NCBI GenBank assembly: GCA_951406725.2
Contig: OX597823.1
Coordinates: forward strand, 18,910,001-18,974,000
Origin: Octopus vulgaris
Lineage: Eukaryota
Reading direction: 5' to 3'
DNA length: 64,000 nt
Under the pieces are notes generated by a model. The model did not search any database, was not told the origin of the DNA, and saw only the letters and a list, made by a program, of their open reading frames with translations. Below are positions 57,333 through 64,000 of the stretch, piece after piece (positions within the stretch are counted from its first letter, which is position 1; each line of letters starts with the position of its first letter). The position numbers and the translations under genes were made by a program.

Positions 57333-57637
57333 GCATCTATGTATATACACATATATATATATATATATATACATACGCATATATATACACACATATATAC
57401 ACACACACACACACACACTAGTTTATTATAGAGTGAAGCATTGTATAATAGAATATTATTAGTTGTTTAAATGTCAGTCTAACGTTATTTATTTTGCTTT
57501 TGTCTTTTGCTTTGTGTTTTTTTTTTTTTTTTGTTCTTGTTCTTTTTTTTTTCGTTTCTTTTGTTCTTTGTTAATTCATTTTCGTTTAAAGCCCACCCGA
57601 AACTAAACTAGGTCCACCCGCGTCACCACCATTTTCA

Positions 57638-57790
<153 letters not shown>

Positions 57791-57971
57791 AATTGATGTT
57801 GTCATTGTCATCGCTACTACGACTACCACTATCACCACGACCCTCAGTAACTTAATGAGTGTCTCTATCTATCTATCTCTCCCCCTGTCTCACTCTATAT
57901 ATATCTCTCACTTTATCTACCTCTCTCTCTCTCTCACTCTATATATATATATCTCATTTTATCTACCTCTC

Positions 57972-58026
<55 letters not shown>

Positions 58027-58614
58027 CCTCTTTATCATCTCTCGCCGCTGACGCTGACACCGCCGCTGCCACCATCACCGTCACCACCGCTGATTAATGG
58101 TGAAGTAGATGCGGGTGGCTGGAGGGGTGGTGGTAAAAAAAGAGAAAGTAACAGAGGAAAGAGAGGCTTTATGAGGGGTGGGTGGGTGGGTTAGTTAAGG
58201 AGACATGCTTGTAATGTGTTAAAAATCAATGAAATCGACTGGGTTGGTGTGTGGTGGGTGTCACCGTGATTCGGATTGGAATGTGACGGATGGCTGGTCG
58301 GTTGGGCGGCTGGTTAGAAGGCTGGATTGATGGATTGATGGATCGATGGATCGATGGGTAGGTAAGAGGGTAGATGGATGCATGGGTGAACGGGTAGATG
58401 GATGGATGGATGCATGCATGCATGCATGGCCGGGCGGGTGAATAAATAGATGGGTTGATGGCTGGATGGATGGATGGATGGATGGATGGATTTGGATGTA
58501 TGGGTAGATGGATGAATGGATGGATGGATGGATGGATGGGTGGATGGATGGGTGGGTGGATGGACGGGTGGATGAATGAATAATTGGATATCTATATATA
58601 GAGAGAGATAGGTA

Positions 58615-58696
58615 GTTACATACAAACATATATATATATATATATGCATACATACATACATGCATATATACATACATACAAACATACATACATATA

Positions 58697-58729
<33 letters not shown>

Positions 58730-59005
58730 GCATACATACATGCATACATACATACATACAAATACACACTTACATACATACATACATACAAATACACACT
58801 TACATACATACATGCATACATACATGCATACATACATGCATACATACATTCATACATACATACATACATGCATACATACATACATACATACATATATGCA
58901 TACATACATGCATACATACATACATGCATACATACATTGATGCATACATACATATATGTATACATACAAACATACATACATACATACATACAAACATACT
59001 TACAT
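58615..59005. repeat. (CATA)n compound microsatellite
   Basis: Direct inspection. Confidence 0.95.
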
Positions 59006-59453
59006 AGACAGACTCGTCATCACCCTACTCTACTCTACTCCACCGCACTGCACTCAACTCTAAACAACTACACTACACTCACTATACATCTCCTTCACTC
59101 CACTCTTCTCAACTACACGCCATTCCACTCTACTCAGCTCCACTCAGCTTCACTTACACTCAGTACTATCCACCTTCACTTCACACCACTTCTAGAGTCC
59201 TCTGTGATTTTGTTCTACCAATTGCTAAAACGTTTAGAATTAATTTTATAATTATTGTGTAACTGCTTATCTCCCTTCACAACTCTACCACCCGACCATT
59301 TAATCAACTGTTAACTCAATCACGCATCTACCATTTCATCCACCCTTCCACCCATCAAGCCAACCAGCGAGCCACCCGTTAATCCACCCACCCATCTCCC
59401 ACACATTCATCCAACAGCCATCCAGCCAGCCAGATGCCTGTTCCTGTTTATAT

Positions 59454-59564
<111 letters not shown>

Positions 59565-59669
59565 ATATATATATATATAATGTTATTATATATATATTGT
59601 TATACTATATATATATATATTATTTTGTATTACATTATATTATATTATATAAATATATATATATATACG

Positions 59670-59702
<33 letters not shown>

Positions 59703-60367
59703 AATTAGATGAGTATATATGTGTGTGAATGTATGCGTGTATGTATGTATTGTATACATATGAATGGTTATATAAATGTGGATAAGAGAGAAAGAGAGAG
59801 AGAAAATGTGTGTGTGTGTGTGTGTGTATGTGTGTGTGTGTGTGTACATAGCCATCGATCCATCCATCCATTTAACCAACCACCGAACCAACCAACCAAC
59901 CATCCGTCACATTCCAATCCAAATCACAGTAACAGCTCACCACCCCCACCGCACCCCACATCTGCACCCGGTCTATATCATTGATTTTTGACAGATTACA
60001 TTAAATATCTGCGACTACAATAGTCTTAACACGTCTTCCGCTTACTTAAGGTAGTACAACGTGATTCGAGGCAGATTTGGCTGTTACTTATAGCAGAACG
60101 AACACCCACGTAACGGCTCCCTCGTTAGCACTTTTGATGTGAGTGGCGAAGTTCATTAATGTCGCTCTAATTGAATTCTATTGTTTGTTTAATTTTGTTT
60201 TGTTTTGTTTTGTTTTGTTAATTTGTTCGTTTGTTTTCTACCTCGCATATGTACACGAATACCACTTTAATCTACCTACATGCGTACCAACACATATATG
60301 TATGTACGTATATATACACACATACATATAGACATATATAAATATACATACATATATACATGCATTC

Positions 60368-60642
60368 ACCTAAAGCTCCACGAGGCTCTTGCAGGGATGG
60401 TGGTGAACCCTGCTGTACTCTTTCACCACAACTTTCTCTCACTCTTTCTTCCTGTTTCTGTTGTACCTGTATTTCAAAGGGCCAGCCTTGTCACACTCTG
60501 TCACGCTGAATATCCCCGAGAACTACGTTCAGGGTATACGAGTCAGTGGAATGCTCAGCCACTTGCACGTTAATTCCATGAGCAAGCTGTTCCGTTGATC
60601 GTATCAGCTGGGACCCTCATCGTCGTAACCGACGGAGTGCTC
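60368..60642 (+). mobile_element. SINE group Y with tail T2, 5' truncated
   Basis: Matches 21357-21636. Confidence 0.88.
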
Positions 60643-61011
60643 CTATATACATGCATTCACAGACACAGACACAGATATATAAATAGTAACGTTATACTGT
60701 GCATTTCAAAGCTTTTCTCCGGGTATGGCTACCAGATGTTATTATACAGTAAGACTTCAGTTACCGAATATACATGTGGAAATCAGTAAATATCTGTAGA
60801 GTGTAAACGACAAAACAAATTTACTACGAGAATATTGATTGAACAGGCTTTATTACAAATCATTACAATTGCTTCAAAGCATCATTAATCAGCTGTTAAT
60901 TGGTACAGACATACATGTATACATAGAATGTGCAGTGGTTCCGCAAATAAGGATTTACGCTTAACCCTTTGCGTATTTTATACATAAACACATACATACA
61001 TCTATAGATAT

Positions 61012-61074
<63 letters not shown>

Positions 61075-61391
61075 TTAAAGTATTAATTTGAAAGAGACAA
61101 GATCCAATAATATTCAAGTCTGGAGAACGTGAAGGCCATTTAAAGTAGACCTCACAATGTGGCGGGCCTATAGAGGACGGTGTTACTGTTGTTTTTAGCC
61201 CCAGGAAGACATCTTCTCCAGCTGGCCAACGACACACAGTTTATGTCTGATTAGTATTTGCGAAAGAGGTCATCGCTCCTATTTCTAACCTTACGTGATA
61301 CACACACACCCAGGTTTATGGGTGGTTAACCGTCTTCAGTGTGTATTAATCACCGGCTAGTGATGAAGAACTCATTCCACTCGCAAAATAT

Positions 61392-61423
<32 letters not shown>

Positions 61424-61460
61424 TGTATGTATGTATGTATGTATGTATGTATGTATGCAT

Positions 61461-61904
61461 GTTTCTTATATTTTTCAATTATTATAAATCTTCCACTGAG
61501 GAGGGAGCCGGTTTCCAACAAAGATACAAGGCTCCATCTTTGGGGTGTAATTAACACAGACAAAGTCACATTTGAAACTTGAGAAAAGTCTTGTATATTT
61601 TTACTGTTCCACTCATAGATTGCACTTATACAAATCAGCCGGTCAATTTCTCTTTCTGAAAATCCCAGTCTATCCAGATTCTCCTTTAAACATTTACTAA
61701 CAAAACCTAGTGCTCCAATTATTATTGGTATGAATATGAATTCATAGTCTGGATATAGAAGCTGAAGGTTTCGAAGCAGTTGTCCATAGATATCCTCTTT
61801 TCCTTTAATTTTTAAAGAGATATTTATATCTGTAGGGCAACTGACCTCTATGACGATACATACCTTTGCTCCTTTATCTCAAACAACAATATCCGGCCTG
61901 TTTT
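61461..61904 (-). mobile_element. 5'-truncated REL-endonuclease non-LTR retrotransposon (family 3) in (CATA)n
   Basis: Minus strand NRPDIVV*DKGAKVCIVIEVSCPTDINI..KEDIYGQLLRNLQLLYPDYEFIFIPIIIGALGFV..SGTVKIYKTFLKFQM*, then a 3'UTR of about 105 bp; (TATG)n on both sides. Confidence 0.85.
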
Positions 61905-62178
61905 GTATGTATGTATGTATGTATGTATGTATGTATGTATGTATGTATGTATGTATGTATGTATGAGCTTGATGATACAAAGACGAAAACAGAACTTAAA
62001 ATATGTGTAAACACGTTTCAAAAGTTACACTGCGACACAAGGGTTTCATCCATCGGCATGAAACTCTCGATCCTTGACTCACTCAGTAACTTCTGCCAAT
62101 TATTGTGTGTGTGCATATATATATATATACATATATGTGTGTGTATATGTATGTATATGTGTATATATATATATATAA

Positions 62179-62402
62179 ACTCTTTTACTTGTTTCAGTCA
62201 TGTGACTGCGGCCATGCTGGAGCACCGCCTTGAGTCGAGCAAATCGACCCCAGGACTTATTCTTTGTAAGCTCAGTACTTATTCTATAGGGCTCTTTTGC
62301 TGAACCGCTAAGTTACGGGGACGTAAACACACCAGCATCTGTTGTCAAGCGATGTTGGTGGGGGACCATCACAGACACACAAACATATACACACACATGC
62401 AC

Positions 62403-62499
<97 letters not shown>

Positions 62500-62662
62500 A
62501 ATATACGACGGGCTTCTTTCAGTTTCTGTCAACCAAATCTACTCACAAGGCTTTGGTCAGCTCGAGGCTATAGTAGAAGACACTTGCCCAATGTGCCACG
62601 CAGTGGACTGAACCCGGAACCATGTGGTTCGTATGCAAGCTACTTACCAATCAGCCACTCCT
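62179..62662 (-). mobile_element. SINE group A
   Basis: Full modules, internal (TA)n. Confidence 0.92.
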
Positions 62663-62673
62663 ACATATATATT

Positions 62674-62744
<71 letters not shown>

Positions 62745-62745
62745 G

Positions 62746-62822
<77 letters not shown>

Positions 62823-63620
62823 ATATGTGTGTATGTATACATATATATATTTATATTTATATGTATAAATATTGCGACGTTGTGAGCACGTAACATAAGT
62901 GCGTATATTTCATACAATGGACAAGCATTATCTGATGCAATACTGTATACACTGAATGCAATAGATATGTAAACTATCCTGTCATAGAGGTTGGCATTTA
63001 AAAACAAGTTTCGCCGCTTTGTTTCGCAAGACTGTGGAATTTCGCTTTGCTAACAGTAAGAAATTTGACCACTTACATAGAAGAAAAACAACTTGACCTC
63101 AGCTTCATAGTTATAGAATAACATTGTTAAGAAGGAAGAAAAAATTGCACGTTGGAATTTCAAACCTACGCCATATTGGAAGTATCCGGAAGTGGATAAG
63201 AAAATGATAAGGTATTAAACAGAACTACACGGCTCAACCACACACACACACACTCATGCACATGCACATGCATACACTCTACACTCACACATTTATTCGC
63301 GCGCATACAGAAACGTACAGGCAACACACGTGCGTACGAACGTGTTTCGCATATGTGTCTGTGTCATTTGTTGTATTGTATAACCATGTGTATGTGTTAC
63401 ACAAGTTACACTCGCTTCTGATGTAAGTTTGTGTGAAAGTTCAACGTTCGTTCGTGTTTCTGTTGTCTTAATGTGTTTGCGCGCGTGAGTTTCAGTATTG
63501 CTTCAGGAAAAGGTGTGTGTGTTCTTGTAGTTTTGCAGCGAATGTTTGTATGTGTGTAGATGGGTGATTAAGCATAACATTTTGTGAATGCTTATAGTGC
63601 TTTTTGTGTACATGTGTATG

Positions 63621-63733
<113 letters not shown>

Positions 63734-63739
63734 TGGTTA

Positions 63740-63965
63740 AGGCTGCGAGCTGGCAGAAACGTTAGCACGCCGGGGGAAATGCTTAGCTGTATTTCGTCTG
63801 CCGTTACGTTCTGAGTTCAAATTCCGCCGAGGTCGACTTTGCCTTTCATCCTTTCGGGGTCGATAAATAAAGTACCAGTTTCGCACTGTGGTCGATGTAA
63901 TCGACTTAATCTCTTTGTCTGTCCTTGTTTGTCCCCTCTACCCCTTGTGGGTAGTAAAGAAATAA
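63740..63965 (+). mobile_element. SINE group B monomer with TSD
   Basis: (TA)nTTAGTGGTTA is duplicated on both sides (ending at 63739 and 63994). Confidence 0.9.
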
Positions 63966-64000
63966 ATATATATATATATATATATTAGTGGTTAGAGCAT

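Overview
AT-rich, microsatellite-saturated eukaryotic non-coding DNA. The repeat repertoire resembles, from memory, that of an octopus/coleoid cephalopod genome; this is an inference and was not checked. No intact host gene is supportable, and almost all ORFs in the track are translations of (TA)n, (CA)n, (CATA)n, (GATA)n or trinucleotide repeats. Recognisable content: four tRNA-derived SINE groups in about 30 copies; a full-length dead mariner (50524-51791) plus mariner- and maT/Tc1-derived short elements; a non-autonomous Helitron; three families of REL-endonuclease (R4/Dong-like) LINE 3' ends sitting in microsatellites, two in (TAA)n and one in (CATA)n; and five Penelope-like (PLE) RT or GIY-YIG relics. 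The most interesting signal is a set of short non-coding elements carrying minimal hammerhead-ribozyme motifs, often with a PLE-style inverted terminal copy. One of them is a tRNA-headed (Pol III) SINE whose tail holds a hammerhead, inserted as a head-to-head composite between 12-bp direct repeats (39227-40091). There is also a 5S rRNA-headed SINE3 candidate sharing its tail with the dominant tRNA SINE (21655-21833).
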